From an uncultured Chlamydiales bacterium (GTDB taxonomy: Bacteria > Chlamydiota > Chlamydiia > Chlamydiales > Rhabdochlamydiaceae), in assembly GCA_963700985.1 (NCBI GenBank), contig OY969554.1:1952001-2016000 (forward strand): 64,000 nucleotides of DNA, in the 5' to 3' direction. The translations under genes were made by a program, and so were the position numbers. The stretch's first letter is position 1, and the number at the start of each line of letters is the position of its first letter. The notes beneath the pieces were generated by a model that saw only the letters and a program-made list of their open reading frames with translations, did no database searches and was not told the DNA's origin. This document shows positions 18,512 through 28,157 of the stretch, in pieces.

Positions 18512-19510
18512 ATGAAATATAAATACCTTCTGCTCCTAATAATTCCTCTATTCTTGGGATTGTTTGCTTGCTCTGATCATAGAAAAGAAAAGAATTCTTG
18601 GGCCACATGGACTGAAAATAATGGCAAAATTAAAGTCTTATCAACCACAGGCATGATCGACAATTTAGTTGGTGAGATCGGTAAAGAAAGGGTAGATCAT
18701 ATTCCTTTAATTCTAGGGGAAATTGATCCTCATAGTTATGAGCTTGTGAAAGGGGATGATGAGAAGATCTCATTTGCCCAGATTATTTTTTATAATGGTT
18801 TAGGCCTCGAGCATGGAGCTAGCCTTCAATATCAATTAGAAAAACATGTCCATAAAGTCGCTTTGGGTAATGAGATTCAAAAACGTTCTCCAGATGACAT
18901 TTTACGCGTCGATGGTCAGCTGGATCCTCATGTATGGATGGATATCTCCTTATGGGTTAAAGCCATAGATCCTATTGTAGAAGCTCTTTCTAAAGAGGAT
19001 GCGGCTCATGCAGATTTTTACCGTCAAAATGGGGCTGAACTTAGACAGACTATGCTTAAGGTCCATGCTGAAATCACACAGCGTTTCAAAGAAGTACCTG
19101 CAAATGCACGCTATCTAGTGGCAAGCCATGATGCATTTAACTACTTTGCACGGGCTTACTTAGCCGATGAAAACGAGAAACAAACAGGTGAGTGGCGCAA
19201 GCGTTTTGCCGCACCAGAAGGCCTTGCGCCGGATGGACAGCTCAGTTACACCGATATTAAAAATATTATCGAACACCTTTCTCTTTATCGAATTGGCGTT
19301 GTCTTTCCCGAATCTAATGTAAATAGAGACTCTTTGAAAAAAATTGTAAATGCCTGCAGTGAAACAGGAAATCCTATAAAACTCTCTTCAAGAGTTCTTT
19401 ACGGAGATGCGATGGGGCAGTCGGGATCTGATGCTGATGGGTATTTAAATATGCTCAAGCATAATTGTGATGTTATGGTCCAAGAATGGAGTGAAAATGC
19501 CGGACGATAA
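18512..19510 (+). CDS. ytgA: Metal (Fe/Mn/Zn) ABC transporter substrate-binding lipoprotein (TroA/YtgA)
   Basis: Lipobox LFAC, IDPHSYE, YNGLGLEH, DPHVWMD, SHDAFNYF. Confidence 0.9.
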   Translation: MKYKYLLLLIIPLFLGLFACSDHRKEKNSWATWTENNGKIKVLSTTGMIDNLVGEIGKERVDHIPLILGEIDPHSYELVKGDDEKISFAQIIFYNGLGLEHGASLQYQLEKHVHKVALGNEIQKRSPDDILRVDGQLDPHVWMDISLWVKAIDPIVEALSKEDAAHADFYRQNGAELRQTMLKVHAEITQRFKEVPANARYLVASHDAFNYFARAYLADENEKQTGEWRKRFAAPEGLAPDGQLSYTDIKNIIEHLSLYRIGVVFPESNVNRDSLKKIVNACSETGNPIKLSSRVLYGDAMGQSGSDADGYLNMLKHNCDVMVQEWSENAGR

Positions 19511-20273
19511 AATAGTTTTAAAAGTTGAGCAGCTGACCGCTAACTATGACAAGACGCCTGTGCTTTGGGATATAAACTTTGCTATTTCGCGCGGGTCGCT
19601 GGTTGGGGTGATTGGCCCTAATGGAGCAGGCAAGAGCACGCTGTTAAAAACTTTGCTAGGCATGATTGAGCCTCTTTCAGGGAGCGTCGAATTTTTTGGT
19701 AAGCCTATTTCTAAGGTAAGGCAGAAGGTAGCTTATGTGCCGCAGCGCAATTCAGTGGACTGGGATTTTCCGTTAACCGTTAAAGATGTCGTGCTCATGG
19801 GGAGATATGGTCATCTCGGCTGGCTTAAGTGGCCGAGCGCTGAAGACCGAAAGATCGCACATGAAGCGATGGAAAAAGTGGGAATGCTTCCCTTTGCCGA
19901 CAGGCAGATCGGACAGCTCTCTGGGGGACAGCAGCAGCGTGTCTTTATTGCCCGCGCTCTAGCACAAGACGCCGAGATCTATCTGATGGATGAACCTTTT
20001 GCAGGTGTAGATAATGCCACTGAAAATACACTGATCACTCTTTTTGAAGAGCTAAGAGCGCAGGGTAAGACCTTGATGATCGTACACCATGATTTAAGCA
20101 CCGTTGAACGCTACTTTTCATGGTTACTTATGCTCAATACTTGTTTGATCGCGAGCGGCCCTGTATCTGAAGTCTTTCATCGCGATCACCTGCTGCGCAC
20201 CTATGGCAAGGGCAGCATGCTCTTAGATGAAGCGGCAAAAATTTCCCAGACAAAAACAGCAGGTTTAAAGTGA
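19497..20273 (+). CDS. ytgB: Metal ABC transporter ATP-binding protein (TroB/YtgB)
   Basis: GPNGAGKST, LSGGQQQRVFIARAL, MDEPF, VHHDL. Confidence 0.92.
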   Translation: MPDDKIVLKVEQLTANYDKTPVLWDINFAISRGSLVGVIGPNGAGKSTLLKTLLGMIEPLSGSVEFFGKPISKVRQKVAYVPQRNSVDWDFPLTVKDVVLMGRYGHLGWLKWPSAEDRKIAHEAMEKVGMLPFADRQIGQLSGGQQQRVFIARALAQDAEIYLMDEPFAGVDNATENTLITLFEELRAQGKTLMIVHHDLSTVERYFSWLLMLNTCLIASGPVSEVFHRDHLLRTYGKGSMLLDEAAKISQTKTAGLK

Positions 20274-21559
20274 TTTGGAATTACTTCACAGATCCTGTGT
20301 TGTGGGCGCCGACGGTCGGTAGCATTTTGATGTGCGTGGCCTCTTCCTTGATCGGTGTGGTGGCTTTTTTGCGAAAACGCTGTTTGCTCGCTGAAGCTCT
20401 ATCTCATTCAGCCTATCCCGGAGTGGTTGTGGGGGCCTTTCTCATGGCGACCTTTTTCTCTTCGGTAGGCGAGTTGGCAAGCCTAGTCATTTTGGCTGGG
20501 GCTTTCCTCTCTTCCTTAGTCGGTCTCGGGCTGGTGGAGATCATGGAACGACGTCTTGGAGTCAAAAGCGATGCGGCGCTCTGCTTTGCACTTTCGGTGC
20601 TTTTTGGCATAGGAATTCTCATCGCAAGCCGTCTGCAAATCTCACATCCTCTCTGGTATAACCAGATCCATCTATTTCTATATGGCCAAGTAGCTACGAT
20701 GACAGGGTTGCATGTCGCGATTTATAGCTCTCTTTTAACAATTACCGGGCTATTCCTGTTTTTTCTCTACCGTCCCTTGCAGCTGCTCAACTTCGATCGT
20801 CAGTTTTCCAAGACCGTTGGCGTGCGCACTGTCTTAGTTGATACACTGCTTTTTCTGCTCTTGGTATTAGCTATTGTGATTGGGATCCGCAGCGTCGGAG
20901 TGGTTTTAATGTCGGGTATGCTAGTAGCCCCTGCTGTCGCGGCAAGACAGCTGACACATAGAATGTGGCTACTCTTTGTATTGGCTGGCATATTTGGGGC
21001 GTTAAGCGGCTTTCTAGGAAACGTGCTTTCAATCGAGCTACCTAAAATTCTTTCAGGAGATGAGAAAAACTCTCTTCCAACTGGTCCGATGATTCTTTTA
21101 AGTGCTTCCTCAATCTGTTTACTGGCATTGCTTTTCTCTCCTACTACAGGCCTATTTAGCCGTCTGTTGCGGATCGCCCGCTTTAAAGATAAATGCCGTT
21201 TGGAAAACGCTCTTAAAGCTTTTTGGAGAGCAGGTCAAGGGTGGCACAAGTTATCGAGCAGCGTCTCTTCTTTTCAGCTTCAGCGTTTGCGCTTTAAAGG
21301 TTGGGTAGAAAAAGGGGGCAAAGGGCTTTATCGTCTTTCAGAAGAAGGCGCGAGAAGGGCTGCGCAGATCGTGCGACTTCATCGTCTGTGGGAGCTCTAT
21401 CTTGTCTCATTAGGTCAAGGAATTGAAAAGGTGCACCATAGCGCAGAAGAGATGGAGCACATTCTCACTCCTAAACTAGAGCGCGAACTCACTGAGTTTT
21501 TGCAAGATCCAACGCACGATCCGCATCAGCAGCCTATTCCAGGGAGTACGCATGTCTAA
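20270..21559 (+). CDS. ytgC: Metal ABC permease fused to a C-terminal DtxR-family repressor (YtgC-YtgR)
   Basis: ABC-3 permease TMs (AEALSHSAYPG) followed by a DtxR dimerisation/metal domain (VRLHRLWELYL, HHSAEEMEHIL, DPHQQPIP). Confidence 0.9.
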   Translation: MIWNYFTDPVLWAPTVGSILMCVASSLIGVVAFLRKRCLLAEALSHSAYPGVVVGAFLMATFFSSVGELASLVILAGAFLSSLVGLGLVEIMERRLGVKSDAALCFALSVLFGIGILIASRLQISHPLWYNQIHLFLYGQVATMTGLHVAIYSSLLTITGLFLFFLYRPLQLLNFDRQFSKTVGVRTVLVDTLLFLLLVLAIVIGIRSVGVVLMSGMLVAPAVAARQLTHRMWLLFVLAGIFGALSGFLGNVLSIELPKILSGDEKNSLPTGPMILLSASSICLLALLFSPTTGLFSRLLRIARFKDKCRLENALKAFWRAGQGWHKLSSSVSSFQLQRLRFKGWVEKGGKGLYRLSEEGARRAAQIVRLHRLWELYLVSLGQGIEKVHHSAEEMEHILTPKLERELTEFLQDPTHDPHQQPIPGSTHV

Positions 21560-22547
21560 TCCCTATTGGAACAAAGATTTTTTTGAGTTTTTTGCAGTGA
21601 TGTTTGGGCGTTTAGGCAAATGGATTATAGGGGATTCTAGCGGGCCGCTGGCTTCAGATGAGGTCCAGTTGCTTGTATTAATCGCAATTTCTGTTAGCTC
21701 TGCGCTAGTTGGCACCTTCCTCGTGCTGCGCCGCATGACTATGTTAGCCAACTCGCTTTCACACACAATATTATTGGGAATTGTAGGTGTTTTTCTTCTG
21801 TGCGCTCAAACGATTACTACGCAAGGATTCAGCTTGCCTATCCTAATCGGAGCCTCTCTGATTACGGGACTTGTAACTACAGTTTTAACTCAGCTGCTTA
21901 CGCACTCGATGCGCCTTCAAGAAGATGCCAGCATCGGGCTCGTTTTCAATACGCTTTTTGCGCTCGGGGTGCTTCTAGTCACGCTGTTTACACGCAATGT
22001 CCATCTCGGTGTAGAAGCAATTATGGGCAATATCGATGCCTTGCACTTTGATGATTTAAAATTGGTCTGTTCGATGGGGCTAATCACCTTATTTTGTGTG
22101 GTGGCATTTTTTAAGCAATTCTCTCTGGTTTCTTTCGATGCATCGCATGGCCGTACGTTGGGGTTTTCTCCGCTTTTTTATACCTATTTTTTGATGGTGC
22201 TTGTCTCTGCAACTTCAATTGGGGCTTTCAGGGCAGTTGGAGTTCTCCTATTCTTAGCATTTCTCGTGGGGCCAGTTCTGACGGCCCGCCTTTTTACAAA
22301 TCGTTTGGCGCCGCTGATCGCTCTATCTTGCCTCATCGGTAGCGGAGCTTCGCTCTTCGCGATAGCTCTAGCGCGACATCTGCTTTCCTGTTATCATCTT
22401 CCACTTTCCACTGCTGGCCTGGTAGTCGTCACTATTGGCGCCTTTTACTTGCTTGCGGTGCTCTTTGCTCCACAGCGTGGCCTAGTCGTGCAGTGGGTAG
22501 CAAAAAGCCGATTGAAGAAACAGATAGAAACGCAACTCTCCTCGTAG
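21552..22547 (+). CDS. ytgD: Metal ABC transporter permease (TroD/YtgD)
   Basis: GTFLVLRRMTMLANSLSHTILLG, EDASIGLVF, SFD, AFRAVG. Confidence 0.9.
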   Translation: MSNPYWNKDFFEFFAVMFGRLGKWIIGDSSGPLASDEVQLLVLIAISVSSALVGTFLVLRRMTMLANSLSHTILLGIVGVFLLCAQTITTQGFSLPILIGASLITGLVTTVLTQLLTHSMRLQEDASIGLVFNTLFALGVLLVTLFTRNVHLGVEAIMGNIDALHFDDLKLVCSMGLITLFCVVAFFKQFSLVSFDASHGRTLGFSPLFYTYFLMVLVSATSIGAFRAVGVLLFLAFLVGPVLTARLFTNRLAPLIALSCLIGSGASLFAIALARHLLSCYHLPLSTAGLVVVTIGAFYLLAVLFAPQRGLVVQWVAKSRLKKQIETQLSS

Positions 22548-22582
22548 TTCTGAGTTGCATTTGCAGATTGTATGATGGAAGT

Positions 22583-23731
22583 ATGATGGAAGTGCAAAAA
22601 AAAATTGCAGTTTTGGGAAGTACCGGCTCGATTGGTAAGAGCACACTCAAAGTTGCCCGCCATCTCTCTTCCAAAATAAAGATTCAAGCGCTGGCTGCGC
22701 ATTCACAAATCGATCTTCTAGAAGAGCAAGCTCGCGAATTTTCACCTGAAATGATCGCTGTTTTTAATAAAGACAAAGCGCTCGAGCTACAAAAGCGCCT
22801 GCCTCATATCAAAGTTGTAGGTGGGATGGAGGGGCTGTTTGAAGTCGTCTCTCTTGCATCCGTCGATCTAGTCGTTTCTGCGATCACGGGAACCCTCGGC
22901 ATTCAACCGACCATATTAGCCATTCAAAATGGCAAAGATATTGCCCTCGCAAGTAAAGAAGTGCTCGTTTCCGCAGGCGCATACGTGATGAATCTCGTGC
23001 GAGAAAAAGGCATCAACCTTATGCCAGTGGATAGCGAACATTCTGCTCTTTTTCAATGTTTGCGTAAGGAGAAGAAAGAGCATGTGCGCCGTCTGATCAT
23101 TACGGCTTCTGGAGGTCCATTTTTACACTCTAAGGCAGAAGATTTAAGAGAGATTACGCCCGAACGCGCGCTTGCCCATCCCACTTGGCGCATGGGGCCT
23201 AAAATTACCATCGATTCTTCTACGCTGATGAACAAGGGGCTTGAGGTGATCGAAGCGCACTGGTTATATGATCTGCCCATCGATAAGATTGATGTTGTTA
23301 TCCATCCACAAAGCATCGTGCATAGCATGATTGAACTGATCGATAACTCGATGCTCGCGCAACTTTCTCAAACGGATATGGCGCTGCCTATTCAATATGC
23401 TTTAACCTATCCCGAACGTTGTGAGAGTTTTCTTGCTCCCTTTGATTTTTCTAAAGCACTTTCTCTGCAGTTTTTTCCTCCAAATTTCAGCCAATTTCCT
23501 TGTTTAAGGTTAGCGTACGATGCACTTCGGGGAGGAGGAACGCTTCCTTGCTACCTCAATGCTGCCAATGAAGTTTTAGTCGCACGCTTCTTGGATGGAA
23601 AAATTGGTTGGCAAGAGATCGCACATAAACTCGAGCAGCTGCTATCATCGCACAAAGTAAATAAAACTCCCTCTCTGGAGACGATTCTAGCCGTCGATGC
23701 AATCGCAAAAGAAGAGGCCCTAACGGTATAA
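22583..23731 (+). CDS. dxr: 1-deoxy-D-xylulose-5-phosphate reductoisomerase
   Basis: LGSTGSIG, PVDSEHSA, TASGGPF, HPTWRMGPKITIDSSTLMNKGLEVIEA, NAANE. The start may be GTG at 22592. Confidence 0.96.
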   Translation: MMEVQKKIAVLGSTGSIGKSTLKVARHLSSKIKIQALAAHSQIDLLEEQAREFSPEMIAVFNKDKALELQKRLPHIKVVGGMEGLFEVVSLASVDLVVSAITGTLGIQPTILAIQNGKDIALASKEVLVSAGAYVMNLVREKGINLMPVDSEHSALFQCLRKEKKEHVRRLIITASGGPFLHSKAEDLREITPERALAHPTWRMGPKITIDSSTLMNKGLEVIEAHWLYDLPIDKIDVVIHPQSIVHSMIELIDNSMLAQLSQTDMALPIQYALTYPERCESFLAPFDFSKALSLQFFPPNFSQFPCLRLAYDALRGGGTLPCYLNAANEVLVARFLDGKIGWQEIAHKLEQLLSSHKVNKTPSLETILAVDAIAKEEALTV

Positions 23732-23735
23732 AAAA

Positions 23736-25688
23736 ATGATTCAAAGTATTTTCTACATTGTCCTCGCCGCATTTGGTTTGGGCTTCTTAGTGTTTATCCA
23801 TGAGCTTGGCCACTACTTTGTGGCAAGACGCGTTGGCATGACTGTTGAGGCGTTTAGTATTGGTTTTGGAAAAGCAATTTTGAGCTGGGAACATAAAGGC
23901 GTAAAGTGGCAGGTAGGGTGGTTGCCTTTTGGCGGATATGTCCGCATTAAAGGAATGGAAAAGAAAGGCTCGATTGAACCATCTCAGATTCCCGATGGAT
24001 TTTTTGGAAAAAAACCCATCGATCGTATCAAGGTTGCCGTGATGGGTCCACTCTTCAACATCATTTTTGCTTTGTTAGCTTTTTGCCTAATTTGGGTAGC
24101 GGGCGGCAGACAGAAACCTTTCGCTGAATTCACGCATCTTATCGGTTGGGTTGATCCTTGCTCACCGCTTTTCGAGAAGGGTGTAAGACCGGGCGATGAG
24201 ATCGAACAATATAACCACCGCCCATTTCAGGGCTTTAAAGATCTAATGTACGCTGCTGTTATCCGAGAGAAAAGCTCCGAGATAAAAGGCTATAAGATCG
24301 ATTACACAAATATGCATCAGGAGCCTTTTGATTATGTGCTTCCTACATATCAAAATCCACTTGCTCAAGATCCAACACTTACCACAATAGGTGTGCTCAG
24401 CCCAGCCAGTTTTCTCATCTATGATCAATATCGCGATGGAAAAGATAGCGCTTTTCAATCTGGTTCGCCTATGCACGGTAGCGGCATCCAGTATAAAGAT
24501 CGCATTGTGTGGGTTGATGGCGAACTTATTTTCTCACTTAATCAGCTCAGTGCTTTGATCAATGAGCCTAAAACTTTGCTCACCGTTCAACGCGGCGAGA
24601 AGACCTTTTTAACTCGCGTGCCTAGATTGCGTGTAAGCGATGTTAAATTCTCTTCTGCTGAGAAAGCAGAATTAGATGACTGGCAACATGAGCTTGGGCT
24701 TAAGGGCAAGATCGATCAACTCTTTTTTATTCCTTATAATTTAAATCACGATGGTGTAGTTGAACGCGAGATTGTTTTTCTGGATGAAAACTCGAAAGAG
24801 TGTCGCTATTCAACAGCTTATCGCTCTTCGATTGTGATTCCATTAATTCCAGGAGATCGCATCTTGGCAGTCGATGGAACTCCAGTTTCAACATCTGTAG
24901 AATTAGTAAAACAATTGCAAACGCGAGCGGTGCGCGTGGTGGTACAGCGTTTACCTCAACTCCCAGCTCTTTCTTGGAAAGATGCCGATCAGTATTTTCT
25001 GTCGAATACCAATTGGAGTGAACTTTCTCAAATCACCAATGCTTTAGGTACGTCAAAAGCACCAACGCAAGTGGGAAGTTTTTATCTACTCAATCCAATC
25101 ACACCGCGGCCACTCTCAGAGTTTCCTCTTACCGAAACTCAAAGAACATGGCTTGCGCAAAGAGAAGATGAACAGAAAAAACAGATCGAAGCGATTGAAA
25201 ATCCTCAAGAAAAAGCCGAAGCGCAGCGTATGTTTGAAAGCGATCAAAAACGCGTTAAGCTGGGCATTGCATTGCAAGATTTGCCTGTAACTTATAATCC
25301 TTCACCCTTCACCATTTTCGGTTCAGTTATCCAAGACACGGTGCGCACAGTGGGCGCGCTTTTTAGTGGCTCTCTCAATCCAAAATGGATGGCTGGCCCT
25401 GTTGGAATTGTCGAAGTGATCCAGCACAGTTGGACCATCGGTGTAAAGGAGGCTCTCTTTTGGATGGGGCTCATTAGCTTAAACCTCGGTCTGCTTAATC
25501 TCATGCCTATCCCAGTGTTAGATGGGGGACATATCTGCTTTTCGCTTTACGAGATGATTACGAAAAAGCCGATTAAAGCCAAAACGATGGAAAAACTGAT
25601 CATTCCATTTATCGTTTTGCTCGTAGCGTTATTTGTGTATTTAACCTATCACGACCTCATACGTCTATTTGGCAGGTTTTTTAAATGA
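23736..25688 (+). CDS. rseP: RIP (site-2) metalloprotease RseP with PDZ domains
   Basis: HELGH, LPFGGYVRIKG, GPLFN, NLMPIPVLDGGHI. Confidence 0.92.
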   Translation: MIQSIFYIVLAAFGLGFLVFIHELGHYFVARRVGMTVEAFSIGFGKAILSWEHKGVKWQVGWLPFGGYVRIKGMEKKGSIEPSQIPDGFFGKKPIDRIKVAVMGPLFNIIFALLAFCLIWVAGGRQKPFAEFTHLIGWVDPCSPLFEKGVRPGDEIEQYNHRPFQGFKDLMYAAVIREKSSEIKGYKIDYTNMHQEPFDYVLPTYQNPLAQDPTLTTIGVLSPASFLIYDQYRDGKDSAFQSGSPMHGSGIQYKDRIVWVDGELIFSLNQLSALINEPKTLLTVQRGEKTFLTRVPRLRVSDVKFSSAEKAELDDWQHELGLKGKIDQLFFIPYNLNHDGVVEREIVFLDENSKECRYSTAYRSSIVIPLIPGDRILAVDGTPVSTSVELVKQLQTRAVRVVVQRLPQLPALSWKDADQYFLSNTNWSELSQITNALGTSKAPTQVGSFYLLNPITPRPLSEFPLTETQRTWLAQREDEQKKQIEAIENPQEKAEAQRMFESDQKRVKLGIALQDLPVTYNPSPFTIFGSVIQDTVRTVGALFSGSLNPKWMAGPVGIVEVIQHSWTIGVKEALFWMGLISLNLGLLNLMPIPVLDGGHICFSLYEMITKKPIKAKTMEKLIIPFIVLLVALFVYLTYHDLIRLFGRFFK

Positions 25689-27295
25689 GATTCTTTTCAG
25701 CTCTTTACTCTGTTCTTTTTTTCACTTCACCACTATTTGGTGATTGGGCTGAGGATCGAGTAAAGAAGATGAGTGTAGAACAGAAGATCGGGCAGCTCTT
25801 TCTTATTCCTGCTTGTCCTTTGCGGGGTGAGGAGCATTTTGATGATCTCAAGACGATTATCGAAAAATACCATGTCTGTGGTGCTATTCTTAAGCAAGGC
25901 GATGCAGAAACACAGCTGCGCTTAATTGCCCGTATGCAGAGCTACTCATGCTGTCCGCTGCTTTGCGTGGGCGATGCAGAGTGGGGGCTTGGGATGCGTC
26001 TAAAAAACACGCTCTCCTTTCCGAAGAATTTGACTCTCGGTGCCATTCAAGACACCTCACTAATTTATGAGCTGGGGAAAGAGATCGGCCGCCAGTGCAA
26101 AATGGTGGGTCTACATATTAACCTAGCGCCTGTGGTCGATGTGAATATCGATCCTGACAATCCGATCATCCATATGCGCTCTTTTGGGGAGAGCCCTGAT
26201 GAAGTTGCCCAGCGCGCAGCTCTTTTTACCAAAGGGCTTCAAGAAAGTGGCGTAGCTGCATGCGCAAAACATTTCATTGGCCATGGTGAAACACACTTCG
26301 ACTCCCATAAGACTCTTCCTACAATTCCTTTCTCATTTGAACACATTGAAAAATTCGATCTTTTGCCATTTCGCCAGTTGATTCGAGAAGGCGTATTGAC
26401 CGTCATGACCGGACACCTGTTTGTGCCCCAGCTCGATGCAAAATATCCCGTCTCTTTTTCCTCCACCATCGTGCAGGGACTCTTAAAGACCAAAATGGGA
26501 TTTCAGGGAGTTGTCATCAGCGATGCATTGAATATGCGCGCGCTCACTCAGAACACCTCTTTCGGGCATATCGCGCTCAGCGCTTTTTTAGCCGGACACG
26601 ATTTGCTTTTATATGGCGATCACATCGCCCCGAATGTGGATGAGATTTTGCATATTCAGATTCCACAAGCCTTTCAAGCTTTAAAGTCGGCTTGCGATGA
26701 GCAGATTATTACATCTGATGAGCTCGATCGCCGAGTGCTGAAAATTTTAAAGTTTAAGCAACGCTTGAATGTCAAAGATGTTCCAGAAAAATTAGAGCAG
26801 CCACTAGCCACTCCAGCCGCTCAAGCTTTGAAACGAAAACTTTTTCGTGAAGCGATCACACTACTTAAAAACAGGGATAATCTTCTGCCGCTTAAATCCT
26901 CTTCGCAGCCTATCCTCATTCAAGTCGGTGAAAAGAACGCCCAGCTGAGTGAGCTCTTTAAAAAGAAAGGCGTTAGCGAGAATGCTAAAGCCCCTTCGCA
27001 TCAAATCGTGACACTTTGCGGTCTCAATCATCTTTTGCCGAATTTTGGCCTATCAGATGCCGACTTACAACTCCTCTCAACGCTTTCGGCTTCTAAAATC
27101 CCAACCACATTGGTGCTATTCGGCAGTCCATACACTCTGCGTATCCTGCCAGAGTTCGCTTGCCTTATCGTAGCTTATGAAGATGACCCAGATGCCCTAG
27201 AAGGGGCCTGCGATGTGATTTTTGGGGCTTTAAACCCCACTGGCAAGCTTCCTGTAACCTCTTCCTTCCCTCGCGCCTCCGGCCTCTCCTTCTAA
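25685..27295 (+). CDS. Glycoside hydrolase family 3, beta-N-acetylglucosaminidase (NagZ-like), secreted
   Basis: DAEWG, LAPVVDV, RSFGE, KHFIGHG..DSH, VMTGH, ISDALNM. Signal peptide and a GH3 C-terminal domain. Confidence 0.85.
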   Translation: MRFFSALYSVLFFTSPLFGDWAEDRVKKMSVEQKIGQLFLIPACPLRGEEHFDDLKTIIEKYHVCGAILKQGDAETQLRLIARMQSYSCCPLLCVGDAEWGLGMRLKNTLSFPKNLTLGAIQDTSLIYELGKEIGRQCKMVGLHINLAPVVDVNIDPDNPIIHMRSFGESPDEVAQRAALFTKGLQESGVAACAKHFIGHGETHFDSHKTLPTIPFSFEHIEKFDLLPFRQLIREGVLTVMTGHLFVPQLDAKYPVSFSSTIVQGLLKTKMGFQGVVISDALNMRALTQNTSFGHIALSAFLAGHDLLLYGDHIAPNVDEILHIQIPQAFQALKSACDEQIITSDELDRRVLKILKFKQRLNVKDVPEKLEQPLATPAAQALKRKLFREAITLLKNRDNLLPLKSSSQPILIQVGEKNAQLSELFKKKGVSENAKAPSHQIVTLCGLNHLLPNFGLSDADLQLLSTLSASKIPTTLVLFGSPYTLRILPEFACLIVAYEDDPDALEGACDVIFGALNPTGKLPVTSSFPRASGLSF

Positions 27296-27360
27296 CCTGT
27301 ACAAAGGTTCTTTGCGTATATCTGTTCCAGCTAAGATATTTTTAAGGTGATTGTTGATTA

Positions 27361-27381
27361 ATATACCTTGTTGAGGTATAT
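27361..27381. promoter_or_regulatory. Inverted repeat, probable HigA operator in the higBA promoter
   Basis: ATATACCT-TGTTG-AGGTATAT directly after TTGATT (27354-27359) and 23 bp upstream of the higB ATG. Confidence 0.6.
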
Positions 27382-27404
27382 AGATATTATGAAGTAGAGG
27401 CAAC

Positions 27405-27692
27405 ATGGCCATTCGTTCATTTAAAGACGATGAAGCTGAAGGTTTCTTTTTAAAAGGCAAGTTACCTCATAAAAGAGGATGGGCTAGTGTGTCAAAGGTT
27501 GTTAAAAGAAAGCTTGATATGCTGCATTATTCGAAAGAGTTAAGAGATTTGCTCAGTCCTCCGAGTAATTTTTTAGAGAGTTTGTCTGGCGATTTAAAAG
27601 GATTTTATAGCATTAGAGTGAATGATCAGTGGCGAGTTGTTTTTAAATGGGATAAACAGCCCTATGATGTGCGCATCATGGACTATCACTAA
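27405..27692 (+). CDS. higB: Type II TA toxin HigB (RelE/ParE superfamily)
   Basis: IRSFKD, DLLSPPSNFLESLSGDLKGFYSIRVNDQWRVVFKW, DYH. Confidence 0.92.
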   Translation: MAIRSFKDDEAEGFFLKGKLPHKRGWASVSKVVKRKLDMLHYSKELRDLLSPPSNFLESLSGDLKGFYSIRVNDQWRVVFKWDKQPYDVRIMDYH

Positions 27693-27709
27693 AGATTAGG
27701 AAGGATTAT

Positions 27710-28015
27710 ATGTATAGAAAGCCCACTTCCCCAGGAGAAATTCTTAGCGAGGAGTTTTTAAAGCCTTTGGAAATAAGCCAGAAGGATCTTGCTGAACACT
27801 TGGGTTGTGATTACAAGGTGATTAATCGAATTATAAACGAGAAATCCAGTGTGACGCCTGAGATGGCTATTAAACTTAGCGGGGCTTTCAACACAACACC
27901 AGATTTTTGGTTGAATGCTCAAATGGCGATGGATTTGTGGGCGCTTCGCTCACCAAAAGTAAAGATTCGTCCTCTATTCAGAGTCAAACGTAGAGCAAAA
28001 ACATCTCGTCTATAA
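27710..28015 (+). CDS. higA: Type II TA antitoxin HigA (HTH_3)
   Basis: PGEILSEEFLKPL, SQKDLA, VTPEMAIKL, TTPDFWLNAQ. Confidence 0.92.
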   Translation: MYRKPTSPGEILSEEFLKPLEISQKDLAEHLGCDYKVINRIINEKSSVTPEMAIKLSGAFNTTPDFWLNAQMAMDLWALRSPKVKIRPLFRVKRRAKTSRL

Positions 28016-28029
28016 AATTGCTGCCTTGG

Positions 28030-28145
28030 ACTGCTGAAATTTTTTGGTAAATCATTTACAGGATAAGCAGGATCGGCGCAAAGCGCCGGCACGATATACC
28101 CAGCAGGATATACAAGATGTCCTGCCAGGATTTTAGGGCTGCGCA
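28030..28145 (+). repeat. Dispersed palindromic intergenic repeat, family A, copy 2
   Basis: ATCATTTACAGGATAAGCAGGATCGGCGCAAAGCGCCGGCA...ATTTTAGGGCTGCGC. Both ends match the minus strand of 53882-54005. Confidence 0.85.
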
Positions 28146-28157
28146 AATGAAGAAGAA

